A stretch of 64,000 nt of DNA from Octopus sinensis (lineage: Eukaryota). Position 1 is the first letter of the stretch, and every line of letters starts with the position of its first letter. The stretch covers positions 14,942,001 to 15,006,000 of the forward strand of contig NC_043018.1 in the NCBI RefSeq assembly GCF_006345805.1, written 5' to 3'. Below, in pieces: positions 45,244-59,399 of the stretch. The notes beneath the pieces are model-generated. The model saw only the letters and a program-made list of their open reading frames with translations. It made no database searches and was not told the DNA's origin. The position numbers were made by a program, and so were the translations under genes.

Positions 45244-48200
45244 CGAGGGGCTTCTTTCAGTTTTCATCTACCAAATCCACTCACAAGGCTTTGGTCAGCT
45301 CGAGGCTATAGTAGAAGACACTTGCCCAAGGTGCCATGTAGTGGGACTGAACCCGGAACCATGTAGTTGGTAAGCAAGCCACTTACCACACAGCCACTCC
45401 TGTGCCTATAAAACGTCTTGCTGAAGGACACCAAGCACCACTGGGAATCGAAATCCCGACCTTGCATTCCTGAACGGAATAGCCCAAACCACAAAGCCAC
45501 ATTAATGTCTTAAAGCTAGACTGTATCCATGCTAGAATTTGAAACCGAATTAAAAATTTATCTCACTTCAGCTTCACAAATTTGACAGGATTAAAAAAAA
45601 CAACCAACCAAATGGAAATCCTATTTATCAATTTAACACTTTTGTGTAACTTGATCTTTAAGTTTGAACCATTAAACTTTGAATGCCATTGTCATTGTTG
45701 TTGTCATTGTCGTCATCACAGCTGTCGCCCCTGCTGCTGTTGCTGTCACCTTCACAATTTTACATCTGTGTCTGTTTTACTTCCATGTTGGCATCGGTTA
45801 GATGGATCTGATAGCACCTTTTCCTCTTATCAAAATCATTCATTAATCATCAACAAACAGCCATCAATCTTTATCATTGTGTGTATCATCTTTCCTTATC
45901 AATTTTGAAAATTGTTGACTGCCCTTCATGTCTCGAAGCAGCTAATAACAAGGAGCAGAAGCATTGTATCAGGCCATCACTACTACAGAGGTTTTCTGCA
46001 TAAGTGATGCCTCTCCCCACCTATTCTGTATAAGTATTTTCCGAATTACATCATCATCATCAATCATTGTTCAACCGTGGTCGAAACAATGGAATTTACT
46101 ATGCTACGCCAGACTTCACTGTCCATCATAGCATTATGGAAGTCCTGTTGCTGGATGCCTGTATCCCTGGAGATTACATCAGGGTAGGAGAGTGTGTGCC
46201 CTCTGGTATCATGGGTAGATGGCTTCCAGAGGAGAAGAGTAGAAATTGCCTCGTTTTCAGCTCTACAACAATGTTCAGCATTTAGACAAATCACAAATCC
46301 CTTCATGGAGATGGCCCTGCTCAATATGTAGAAAAGGCAAAGGCAGAAGCTCCATAAGGTGTACCCAGTGCAAGGTATAGACACATAAGAGGTGCAGCAA
46401 TATTAGAGAAAGGTTAACGGGGAAAATAGCCTTTGTGTGTGGAAGAGGCACAGGTACAATAAGCACTGTCTATATATGTTTATATATATATAAAAAAATG
46501 AGGAACAGCTGGAAAGGTAAACACTTACCTGCGTATGTAAATGATAACAATTTGGTACGTTCCATCGGAGGGGCCCAGTTACCCCACACAGTGTGCATAG
46601 CAGGAAAGCTGACGCCCTACAAATAGGATTAAATATGTTTATTTTTCAGTGTCTGGAACCATGAATCATGATATAGAATTTATATACTCAAAGTCATGTA
46701 TGTATAAAGTAAAATACGTAAATATATAAGTACAACATTGTGAATCATGCATAAGAGATTTGAACCCACGATTGGGTAATTCAATAGTTTAACCAGCTTT
46801 TTCAGGAGGAAAGAGAAGTGTTTATGTAAAGGTTGGTGTTTTTCGTCAGTGGTTTGGTCAGAGAAGTACAAACCTATATTCTTTCAAAGACATTCGTCTG
46901 CATCTACCTCATGTGAAACAAAAGAGAGAAGGGGGAGAGAAGAGAGAGAGAGGGGGTAGGAGAGAGAGAAAGAGAGAGGGAGGGGGAGAGAGAGGGGGAG
47001 GAGAGAGAGAGAGAGAAAGAGAGAGAGAGTTGGAAGAAGGCTGATTTCAATGAGGCCCTAATCAGTTTGAAAATTTTCTGTTTGGTCAGCCATTGTTACT
47101 TGGAAGCTGTCCTGAATGCAGCCAAGTTTGGTCCATTTTCAGAAGTTGGGTCTCTGCAATACATTGGCTTGAAACCATTTCACATGGCACACAAGGGCTT
47201 CAGGTGAGTCTCCTCTCACCTCATCTATTTCATGCTGACTCTCAAACCACTGCTGGATCAACAGCCTGATCAAAGGTCTTGGAGTTTGATTTGGTCCTAG
47301 ACCCCACCAAGTAAAGATGTGTGGTTTTGTGGTTAGAGTGTTTGGCTCACAATTGTATAAAAGAATAAGAGAATAAAAGAATTGTCTTTGTTCCTGGTTG
47401 ACTGTTGTATCTAAACACAGTTGTCATCATCATCATCATCATCATCATTGTTTAATGTCCTCCTTCCATGCTGGCATAGGTTGACGGTTTGACAGGAGCT
47501 GACCAGGCAGAGTCCTGCACCATACTCTAGATAAGATGCTTTTCAATATTTTGTTTCAAACGTTTTTCATCCTGAATTCAGATTCCTTAATCTTTTTTTA
47601 AAACCCTAATTTTTTTTCAAGCCTTCGAAGTTGATCAAAACAATACCAGTTGAATACTGGGGTCATTAAAATCAAAGACACCTGTTTCCCTGTTCCTTTT
47701 TCACAACTCAATTTGGATGTTGCAGATGTTATTGCTTAGCTTTGTCTCCAACAATGGCATCCATTTATAAAGTCGACAATAAAGTCCAACAATATGCAAA
47801 TGTTCAAATTTGCAGCCCTGCCCCACCTACATGAACATGAAAAAGTTCATGTACTCTGGGGTATTGAATAATCTCCACCCATCTGCTCATTAATTTTTCA
47901 GATTTTTCCACTCCACCTGCTTTTATTCCCTCACCCCCACTTATTAATTGTTAATATTCCCACACCTCTGCACTTTTACCCAAACCCTCCCCCCCTTATA
48001 AAATTCTGCTAATCCGTCTCCGGTGAAATTTTATTGTAAGCTATACATGTTAATACAACAGCTGGAGAATCTAATAATTTTTTTTCATTTTACGTTAAAA
48101 GTATATATTACTCTTTTCTCTCTCTTTTACTTGTTTCAGTCATTTGACTGTGGCCGTGCTGGAGCACTGCCTTTAGTCGAGCAAATCGACCCCGGGACTT

Positions 48201-50202
48201 ATTCTTTGTAAGTCCAGTACTTATTCTATCGGTCTCTTTTGCCGAACCACTAAGTGACGGGGACGTAAACACACCAGCATCGGTTGTCAAGCGATGTTGG
48301 GGGGACAAACAGACACACAAACATATGCACACATACACATATATACGACAGGCTTCTTTCAGTTTCCGTCTACCAAATCCACTCACAAGGCATTGGTCGG
48401 CCCGGGGCTATAGCAGAAGACACTTGCCCAAGATGCTACGCAGTGGGACTGAACCCGGAACCATGTGGTTGGTTAGCAAGCTACTTACCACACAGCCACT
48501 CCTGCGCCTATATATATGACAAAAAAAAAACAAAACATTCCAACAAATACAACATGTTATAAAATAAATAGGCTATATAAACTAAATAACTAATTCTGGT
48601 TTTAGAAAAAAGTCAAGGGTGACAGCCTAGAAAATTTCTGAGTTCAAATTCCACCGAGGTCGACTTTGCCTTTCATCCTTTCGGAATTGATTAAATAAGT
48701 ACCAGTTACGCACTGGGGCCGATATAATCGACTTGATCCCTTTGTCTGTCCTTGTTTGTCCCCTCTGTGTTTAGCCCCTTGTGGGTAGTAAAGAAATAGG
48801 TATTTCGTCTGCCGCTACATTCTCAGTTCAAATTCCGCCGAGGTCGACTTTGCCTTTCATCCCTTCGGGATTGATTAAATAAGTACCAGTTACGCACTGG
48901 GGGTCGATATAATCGATTTAATCCCTTGCCTGTCCTTGTTGGTCTGTGTTTAGCCCCTTGTGGGCAATAAAGAAACAAGGAACTAGATTACCCAAAGTAT
49001 CCTTCATGTAAAACACTAAGGTAGGTGATTTGAGGGCTGTTTGGTTACTATTTCTTGCAACAATGTCGCCGCCACATTATTAGCTTGTCTTGTCATGTTT
49101 TCTGTTTGTTCCTCTGCTCTATAAACACATCCTGACGAAGAATGTATTATCATAAATTATCTTGTTTGTCAATAATTCACAAGAAAGTACATTTGGCACA
49201 AGGCGAAGGTCAAAGTAGAAGGAAACCTGTAGTGGTTCTTCTTTCTGCTCTGGGACAGGCAAAGAAGGAATTGTTATCTCTACCAGTCGAGGAATATCTA
49301 ACATTTGTACTGTTAGACTGAATCAAGTTCACAGCAGATTGGGTTACAACAGGAGGCTACAAGAGAAACTTAACTTCACCACTCATAAAGAAAAAAGAAG
49401 CAAAATAAGCCAACAAGACTGTCTCGGTGTGGATGCACAACATGCTAGAAATAGCAGCAAACTCAGCACACACCTGACATTCTTCCATGAAAAAAGGCTA
49501 AAGGTGGCGAGCTGGCAGAAACGTTAGCATGCAGGGCGAAATGCTTAGCGGTATTTTGTCTGCAGTTACATTCTGAGTTCAAATTCCGCCGAGGTTGACT
49601 TTGCCTTTCATCCTTTCAGTGTTGATAAATTATGTACCAGTTGCATACTGGGGTCGATGTAATCAACTTAATCCCTTTGTCTGTCCTTGTTTGTTCCCAC
49701 TATGTTTAGCCCCTTGTGGGCAATAGAGAAATAAGAAATAGCACACCGGGTGAAATGCTAAGCAGTATTTCATCTGTCATTACGTTCTGATTTCAAACTC
49801 TGCCGAGGCTGACTTTGCCTTTCATCCTTTTGGGGTCGATAAATTAAGGTTCGATTAAATAAGTACCAGTTATGCACTGGGGTTGATGTAATTGACTTAA
49901 CCCCTTCCCCCAAATTTGAGACCTTGTGCTTCAAGTAGGAATTATTATTATTATTATTATCATTATTATTATTGAGGCTGTGAGCTGTCAGAATCGTTAG
50001 CATGCCGGGCTAAGTGCTTAGAAGTATTTCGCCCGTCACTATATTCTGAGTTCAAATTCCGCCGATGTCAACTATGCTTTCCTTCCTTTCAGGGTCGATA
50101 AATTAAGCGCTAGTTGAACACTGGGTTGATGTAATTGACGCATTCCCTCCCCCAAAATGGCTGCCTTTGTGGAAAAATTTGAAACCCTTATTATTATTAT
50201 TA

Positions 50203-50237
<35 letters not shown>

Positions 50238-50322
50238 GTTATCATTATTATTATTATTATTATTATCATTATTATTATTATCATTATTATTATTATTAAT
50301 ATTATTATTATTATTATTATCA

Positions 50323-50368
<46 letters not shown>

Positions 50369-50386
50369 TTGTTGTTATTATTGTTA

Positions 50387-50425
<39 letters not shown>

Positions 50426-51953
50426 TATTATTATATTATTATTATTATTATCATTATTATTATTATTATTATTATTATTAAAATATCTCGTGGCATTGCT
50501 TCTGTCTTTATGTTCTAAGTTCAAATTTCACTGAGGTCGACTTTGCTTTCATCCTTTTTGGGATTACAAAAAATGAGTGCCAGTTGATCACAGGGGTCAA
50601 TGTAAGCAACTTACTTCGTCCCCATGAAATTGCAGGCCTTGTGCCAAAAATTGGAAATTATTGCTGCCATTATAATTTGAAACAGTTTGATTTGGCCCTG
50701 TGCAACTTGGCTCAATGGGCTCAGCTAAATTCCTGTGATGAGCCCATAAAACTTTAAGTTACAAGGGGCCAAATCAAACAGTTTTAGGTGATAATACATA
50801 TGACCCCTACTAAATGTGTTGAGTGCCCCTTTCTTTCATTTTTTCACTCCCTCATATACATACATACATATGTACATACACACACACATACATTGATACA
50901 CACACATACATATATGCATACATACATATATGTGTATGTATGTGCATGCATATATGTAAATATATGCATATATGCATGTATGTTTATAGGCGTAGGAGTG
51001 GCTGTGTGGTAAGTAGCTTGCTTACCAACAACATGGTTCCGGGTTCAGTCCTACTGTGTGGCACCTTGGGCAAGTGTCTTCTACAGTAGCCTCGGGCCGA
51101 GGCTATAATAGAAGTTTGTCCCCCCAACATCGCTTGACAACCGATGTTGGTGTGTTTACGTCCCTGTAAATTAGCAGTTCGGCAAAAGTGACTGATAGAA
51201 TAAGTACTAGGCTTACAAAGAATAAGTCCTGGGGTCGATTTGCTCGACTAAAGGTGGCGCTACAGCATGGCCACAGTCAAATGACTGAAACAAGTAAAAG
51301 AGTAAAAGGGTATCACTCTATCTATCTCTATATAGTTACATAGACATATATGCATGTGTGTATGTGTATATATATCATAGACCCTGCCCATTCAAAGTAC
51401 CCCGGATCCCAGATCGTCCCGCTGTGCTTGAGGAGACCTGTTGAGTCAAGTACATGAACACTCCGAACACCCCTCCCCGCTGGTGCTCCCCTATATTTCT
51501 GCACCCCCCCCCCACATAAAAAGCACCATCCGAACGTGGCCGATGCCAGCACCGCCCCGACTGGCTTCTGTGCAGGTGGCACATAAAAAGCACCAACCGA
51601 CCGTGGCCGATGCCAGACCCCTCTGGCACCTGTGCAGGTGGCACGTAAAAAGCACCCACTACACTCGCGGAGTGGTTGGCGTTAGGAAGGGCATCCAGCT
51701 GTAGAAACACTGCCAGACCAGACTGGAGCCTGGGGCAGCCCCTGGCTCCCCAGACCCCGGTCGAAACCGTCCAACCCGTGCTAGCGCGGAAAACGGACGT
51801 TAAACGATGATGATGATGATGATGATATAAACACAGTATGCTTTAGACTTGTCTTGTGAGTTCAGCAGCAATTAAATTCACCGAACGTAACGCTTAATTA
51901 ACTGAACAAAGCAGTCTGATGGTTCTATTCACCAGCATATTAGTTCTCTCCAA

Positions 51954-51993
<40 letters not shown>

Positions 51994-52045
51994 GCTACTA
52001 CTGCTACTACTACTGCTACTGCTACTGCTACTACTGCTACTACTG

Positions 52046-52089
<44 letters not shown>

Positions 52090-52120
52090 GCTACTACTGC
52101 TACTACTGCTACTACTACTG

Positions 52121-52176
<56 letters not shown>

Positions 52177-52177
52177 G

Positions 52178-52224
<47 letters not shown>

Positions 52225-52255
52225 GCTACTACTGCTACTGCTACTACTACTACTG

Positions 52256-52287
<32 letters not shown>

Positions 52288-52354
52288 GCTACTACTGCTA
52301 CTACTACTACTACTACTACTACTGCTACTACTGCTACTGCTACTACTACTACTG

Positions 52355-52404
<50 letters not shown>

Positions 52405-52638
52405 GCTACTACTGCTACTGCTGCTGCTGCTGCTGCCATTGCAGTTGCCGCCATTTCCACAGCTGCTACAAGTTTGCTTTGAATTTAATAACATATAAGA
52501 ACTCACAATGTAAACACTTGCAAGGAATGCTGCGAAGCATTTTGTCTGAAGTAGTAGTAGTAGTAGTAGTAGTAATAATGATAATAATAATAATGATAAT
52601 AATGATAATAATGAAAATGATAATGATAATAATAATAA

Positions 52639-52670
<32 letters not shown>

Positions 52671-52832
52671 ATAGTAGTAGTGGTAGTAGTAGTAGTAGTA
52701 GTAGTGGTAGTAGTAGTAATAGTAGTAGTAGTAGTAGTGGTAGTAGTAGTAATAGTAGTAGTAGTAGTAGTAGTAGTGGTAGTAGTAATAGTAGTAGTAG
52801 AGATAGTAGTAGTAGTAGTAGTAGTGGTAGTA

Positions 52833-52878
<46 letters not shown>

Positions 52879-53341
52879 TGATGATAATGATAATAGTAAT
52901 AATACCATAAATCCTCGAGTATAGTCCGCCCTTGAGTATAATATGCAGGGATTTTTAGGGGGCTGTACCTCTGAAAAACCTAAACCTTGTGTATAATACG
53001 CACCCCTTCTCTAACTTGAGTCGAGGAGGTCTATATAATGTCCTTGGTTTGTAAAAATGTATACGGTAACGTCCTTTATTATTGTTGCATGTGTAACTTG
53101 ATGCAAACGTGTAGCTTTTTTACTCTTTTACTCTTTTACTCTTTTACTTGTTTCAGTCATTTGACTGCGGCCATGCTGGAGCACAGCCTTTTAGTCGATC
53201 AAATCGACCCCGGGACTTATTCTTTGTAAGCCCAGTACTTATTCTATCAGTCTCTTTTGCCGAACCGCTAAGTAACGGGGACATAAACACACCAGCATCA
53301 GTTGTCAAGCAATGCTGGGGGGGACAAACACAGACACACAA

Positions 53342-53374
<33 letters not shown>

Positions 53375-54676
53375 GATATATACGACAGGCTTCTTTCAGT
53401 TTCCGTCTACCAATTCCACTCACAAGGCATTGGTCGGCCCGGGGCTATAGCAGAAGACACTTGCCCAAGATGCCACGCAGTGGGACTGAACCCGCAACCA
53501 TGTGGTTGGTTAGCAAGATACTTACCACACAGCCACTCCTGTGTATTTTGTTTGCAGAAAATAAAGAAATAACAATAATAACGTTTAATATGAACATTTC
53601 AGGGTGTTTGGGTGTCAATCTGTGGACAGTACAGAGGATTCGGAAAGATTTGGATGAGTCCAATGGTGACTACAAAGGTACAGCAGCTTGGAAAACTCAC
53701 TCTGATTGTTCTGATAAGGAAAAAACTCCCGAATTTGTTGATGAGATCCTGGCCATGATTGACAACGATCCCTCCAAGTCAATCAGGACCATCGCCAGGG
53801 ACATGGGAGTGTCTGAGTTTTTTATCAGGCAAGTAGTGCAAGAAGATATCCGGTATTCCTCATACAAGATGAGAAAGGGGCCAATTTTTATCCCAAGCCA
53901 TGAAGAGGCGGTTGGATGGAACCTACACTCGCCTCCTTATGAGAGCTCAAAATCTCTCGTGGAAGCGCCATCCAACCAAAATGCAAATATATGGGAAACT
54001 ACCACCTGTGTCATCTCTTGTGAAAGGTAGGAGAGTCCAGTTTGCTGGACATTGTTGTAGAGCTGAAAAAGAAGTAATTTCTACTCTTCTCCTCCGGAAG
54101 CCATCTACTCGCAATACCAGAGGGCGCACACTCTCCTACCCTGATGTAATCTCCAGGGATACAGGCATCCAGCAACAGGACCTCCGTAATGCTATGATGG
54201 ACCGTGAAGTCTGGCGTAACATAGTAAATTCCATTGTCTCGACCACGGTCGAACAATGATGATGAAGAGGAAAGACTGAAGCAATAAAAAAAAAATAAAA
54301 TAAAAAAAGATAAAATTAAAATAAAAGACAGAGAAGCAAATAAGGCAAGCAGGTGGAAAAGGTAACTTACTGTGGTCATTCCGATAAGGATCCGCAGCAT
54401 GATGAGTAGGATGTAATGTGCATTTGCTGCGACTGGCGTTATTAACGATGCAATAGATGCAATGATGATATTATAACCCCAGACTCTTCTACCGCCAAAC
54501 TTGGTGGATAACCAACCCCCGAATACTTGGGTCATCAGGTAACCCCAAAAGAAGGAACCTAAGATAAGTCCTTGAATATGTTTGTCCCACAAAAATGTTC
54601 CATTCTGGAAAAGAAACAAAGAAAAACAAGGGATTAAAAATAAATTTAGACATTACAAACAACAAACTATATATCC

Positions 54677-54708
<32 letters not shown>

Positions 54709-55701
54709 GAGTGAGAGAGCAGTGCATGCCATCAAAGTGACACTGGGGTAAAATATACGAAGCCCAGTATACCCATCATGACTACCCGTCTGATAAGGGT
54801 ACACCAGGCACATGCATCACAACCATATGTGTGCGACATGGTGATCTCATATCAAGATAAACAGCACATGACCTTGCAGGTGGGGGCCCAGTTAGAATTT
54901 TCTTCCGATCGAGTAACCCATCCCGCTCAAAAGGTCTCTGAATAAGGGTTGTTTAAGGATGTTGAACGAACCACCCATGTTTCCAGAAGTGAATTATCTA
55001 AACCTCCAAGAATCCCTCTCAACACATGGCTATGATGCTCCCCCACTACTTCTGCTTGTGATCGGAGATGCACATATCGTCAGCCACTAAGGGACATGCT
55101 CAACTGATTAAGGTCAAACAACTGACAAGCAAATCTGTGGTATTGAGCAGAATATTTGCTGTAGCCCATCTTATACTAAGACAAAACAATGTACATGATA
55201 ACATTTCCAATCAGTTAAGATCAGAAGCCATGAGAGCCACTGACTGGTACTGCAGAGGTGAATTATTCAAACCCCACTACTTCTGCTCGTGATCAGAGAT
55301 GCACATATTGTCAGCCACTAAGGGACATGCTCTTAACCACTACACCATATGCCAATGTAAATGCCATTTAACTGGTACTTAATTGATCGACCCCGAAAAG
55401 ATTTGAACTCAGAATGTAAAGACAGACGAAATACTGCTAAGCATTTCACCCAGCATGCTAACGTTTCTGCCAGCTTGCCGCCTTTAGTATTGATATTATT
55501 ATAACTAAAAGAATGAAGTAGAATTACAGGAGCATTTCTTGGACCTCACCCCCCTCCGCCTTCACTCAGCTGGTCCTGTCGGAATGTCATGTTAGTCACT
55601 GATGACCTTGTCATGTAAGACCTTGGACTGGATTACTTGTCATTAGGAGCAACCTGACATAATATCTATACATACTTAACTACATAGAAATACACGTATG
55701 T

Positions 55702-55738
<37 letters not shown>

Positions 55739-58700
55739 AATCACTAATGTATATTAGCAAAGATGTAAACCTCATTGAGAAAAATCAATAAAACAAGATT
55801 TTCAAACCTGAGTAAATAACATTGTTTTGATTGGGTTGCAAAGCTGTTTTAGCAATGCTCTCACCATTGACAAGCATGCAATGACCTATTTGAGCCATTA
55901 GCAACTTGTATCCAACTCGTATAAACATAAAATAAATGATTAAAGTAATAATTTCATCTCATTACTGATGGGAATTATAGTTTAATATTTTATTTTCCGG
56001 GACGTTTACAACCTGCCACTCGACCACAACAAGTTTTAGTTTAAAAAAGAATTAGGTCTTGGTTTGAAGTGGATTTGATTTTTATGAATCAAAATTGATC
56101 GGAGAGCAGAAATAACCAAATGCATTCAAAGCCATGCCACTTATTCAGGGGTGGGCTTCGTTGGACAGCCATACTAAGTTATTTATGAGAAATACTAAAC
56201 TATGTGAAAAGTGATTGCTCCTTGTCACAACATGACACCAGAGAGCTCGTCACTTTAACAACAACAACAACAACAGCAACAACAACAACAGCAACAACAA
56301 CAACAACAACAACATCAGCAGCAGCAGCAGCAGCAACAACACAACAACAACAACAAGAGCACTCAGAGAGCACCGACCTCTGCCAAGGCAACACCAACGT
56401 CCTCTCAACGATTAGCTGGAGATGATTTTTAAAATGAGAATATCTGAAATAAACTCGACTGCTCTCACAAACGAAAAATACTAAGAATGAACCCAACCGC
56501 TCTCAGAAATTAAGTAAAAGGAACTGGAAAAATAATCTAGAATCCTTGTCCGGTACCTGATGGATCCCAATAGTAATCATGAAATGTGAAGGTGGGTGTG
56601 AGGGCCATGTTTGTAATGCTGTGTGTGAGTGTCATCTGCAGTGGGAACAGGGACAGTTTTCTCTATGAAGGCCTCTTTTAGTCTATGCACTGACATTGTG
56701 TCTTTACAACCATTAAGGTCCATGGTGGGAAATTTATCTGCGCATGAAAGTAAACGGAAAGGACCTGCATATGGTGTTGTTAACAGAGGTTTAACAGCAG
56801 CGCCCCCTGAATGGCTCCCGTTCTTGTGGCATGTAAAATGCATCATCCGAATGTGGTCGATGCCAGTGTACTCTGAGTGGCTCCCATGCTGGTGGCATGT
56901 AAAAGCACCATCCAAACGTGGTCAATGCCAAGCCACCCCCTGACTGGCTTCCATGCTGGTGGTATGTAAAAGCACCATCCAAACGTGGTCAATGCCAAGC
57001 CACCCCCTGACTGGCTTCCATGCTGGTGGTATGTAAAAGCACCATCCAAACGTGGTTGATGCCAAGCCACCCCCTGACTGGCTCCCATGCTGGTGGCATG
57101 TAAAAGCACCATCCAAACGTGGTCAATGCCAAGCCACCCCCTGACTGGCTCCCATGCTGGTGGCATGTAAAAGCACCATCCAAACGTGGTCAATGCCAAG
57201 CCACCCCCTGACTGGCTTCCATGCTGGTGGCATGTAAAAGCACCATCCAAACGTGGTCAATGCCAAGCCACCCCCTGACTGGCTTCCATGCTGGTGGTAT
57301 GTAAAAGCACCATCCAACGTGGTTGATGCCAAGCCACCCCCTGACTGGCTCCCATGCTGGTGGCATGTAAAAGCACCATCCAAACGTGGTCAATGCCAAG
57401 CCACCCCCTGACTGGCTTCCATGCTGGTGGCATGTAAAAGCACCATCCAACGTGGTCAATGCCAAGCCACCCCCTGACTGGCTTCCATGCTGGTGGCATG
57501 TAAAAGCACCATCCAAACGTGGTCAATGCCAAGCCACCCCCTGACTGGCTTCCATGCTGGTGGCATGTAAAAGCACCATCCAAACGTGGTCGATGCCAAG
57601 CCACCCCCTGACTGGCTTCCATGCTGGTGGCATGTAAAAGCACCATCCAAACGTGGTCAATGCCAAGCCACCCCCTGACTGGCTTCCATGCTGGTGGCAT
57701 GTAAAAGCACCATCCAAACGTGGTCAATGCCAAGCCACCCCCTGACTGGCTCCCATGCTGGTGGCATGTAAAAGCACCATCCAAACGTGGTCGATGCCAA
57801 GCCACCCCCTGACTGGCTTCCATGCTGGTGGCATGTAAAAGCACCATCCAAACGTGGTCAATGCCAAGCCACCCCCTGACTGGCTTCCATGCTGGTGGTA
57901 TGTAAAAGCACCATCCAAACGTGGTTGATGCCAAGCCACCCCCTGACTGGCTTCCATGCTGGTGGTATGTAAAAGCACCATCCAAACGTGGTCAATGCCA
58001 AGCCACCCCCTGACTGGCTTCCATGCTGGTGGTATGTAAAAGCACCATCCAAACGTGGTTGATGCCAAGCCACCCCCTGACTGGCTTCCGTGCTTGTGGC
58101 ATTATCTGAACATGATTGATGCCAGGCCCACCTGACTGGCTCCTTTGCTGGTGGCATGTAAAAAGCACCTACTACACTCTCAGAGTGGTTGGCATTAGAA
58201 AGGGCATCCAGTTGTAGAAACTAAGCCAAAATGGACCATGGTACTTGGTGTGGCTGCTGGCCTTGGCAGCTCCGGTCAAACTGCCCAACTCAAACCAACA
58301 TGGAAAATGGATGTTAAATGATGATGATAAATGTGTGTGTGTGTGTGTGTGTGTGTGAGTGTGTACATATAGATAAATAGATAGAGATAGATAGATACAT
58401 AGATAGACAGACAGATGCACGTGTGTGTGTGTGTGTGTGTGTAAGTTCATGTTTGAAATAACTTCATGTAGAAGTTGGGTTTTACTTAACCCTTTTGTTA
58501 CTGTATTTCTGTTGAGATGCTCTGTGTTTCTTTCAATTACTTTAAACATAACAAAGAATTTAGTAAAATAACTTAGCAATCATTAAGCTGGTGTTAGGAA
58601 CATAAATTGTGACTAAGGTTTGGTGGACGATTTTAATTCAAAGCTTATGAAAGCAAAACATTTGTACTACAGAGCCAGAGTCGGTTTCAGCTGGGTTGGT

Positions 58701-59335
58701 AACGAAAGGGTTAAAAAAACATGACTAAGGCATCTGGTCATTAGAGATTGCTAAAAAAAGATTGAAATTCATGATAGATCAATATTATGACTAAAAATTG
58801 GGAAAACAGTGAAAATATTTCTTAATTAGCATGAAACTAGGAATTTAGCAGAGAGAGATTTGTTGAGTAAATTAATTAAAAGAAATGACTAGTTCTTCAT
58901 TTTATTGACCCTGGAAGAATGAAAACCAAAGTTGACCTCAGCAGGATTTGAACTCAGAACAGAAAAAGCTGGAGCAAATAATGCAAAACATTATATCAAA
59001 TGATCTAACAAGTCTGCCCAGCCCCATTTCTCCAAAACCAGTAAAAGAGTCGAAGAATTTCAGAAACTCTTCTAACAGAAATGTCTTTTAGAAATTAATG
59101 GAATTTAAAGAGTTTAATGTAATTTTCTAAGAAATTGCTAAAAGCAATTTCAAACAAAAAAATGTTTAATGAGGTAAATAATTGAATGTCTATTGATAAT
59201 ATTTCATGGCTAAATACATCAATACAAAGAATTCCTTCCGGAAGAACCATTTTTGAAATATTAAGAAATCTAATGGATTCTGTGTTCATAGAACTTTATT
59301 GGTGAGTGTTAACACAGGCAGACACATCTCCATTT

Positions 59336-59399
<64 letters not shown>

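Noticed and set aside
51894-52910. Long poly-S/L/T/V ORFs (up to 322 aa)
   Set aside because: Trinucleotide arrays open in several frames on both strands, with no splice or domain evidence
54011-54370. 202-aa ORF as a single-exon protein
   Set aside because: Read-through past a consensus donor at 54370 into intron and antisense LINE sequence
56843-58157. Repetitive ORFs up to 242 aa and a CRISPR-like look
   Set aside because: 67-bp tandem units with no unique spacers; the ORFs are by-products
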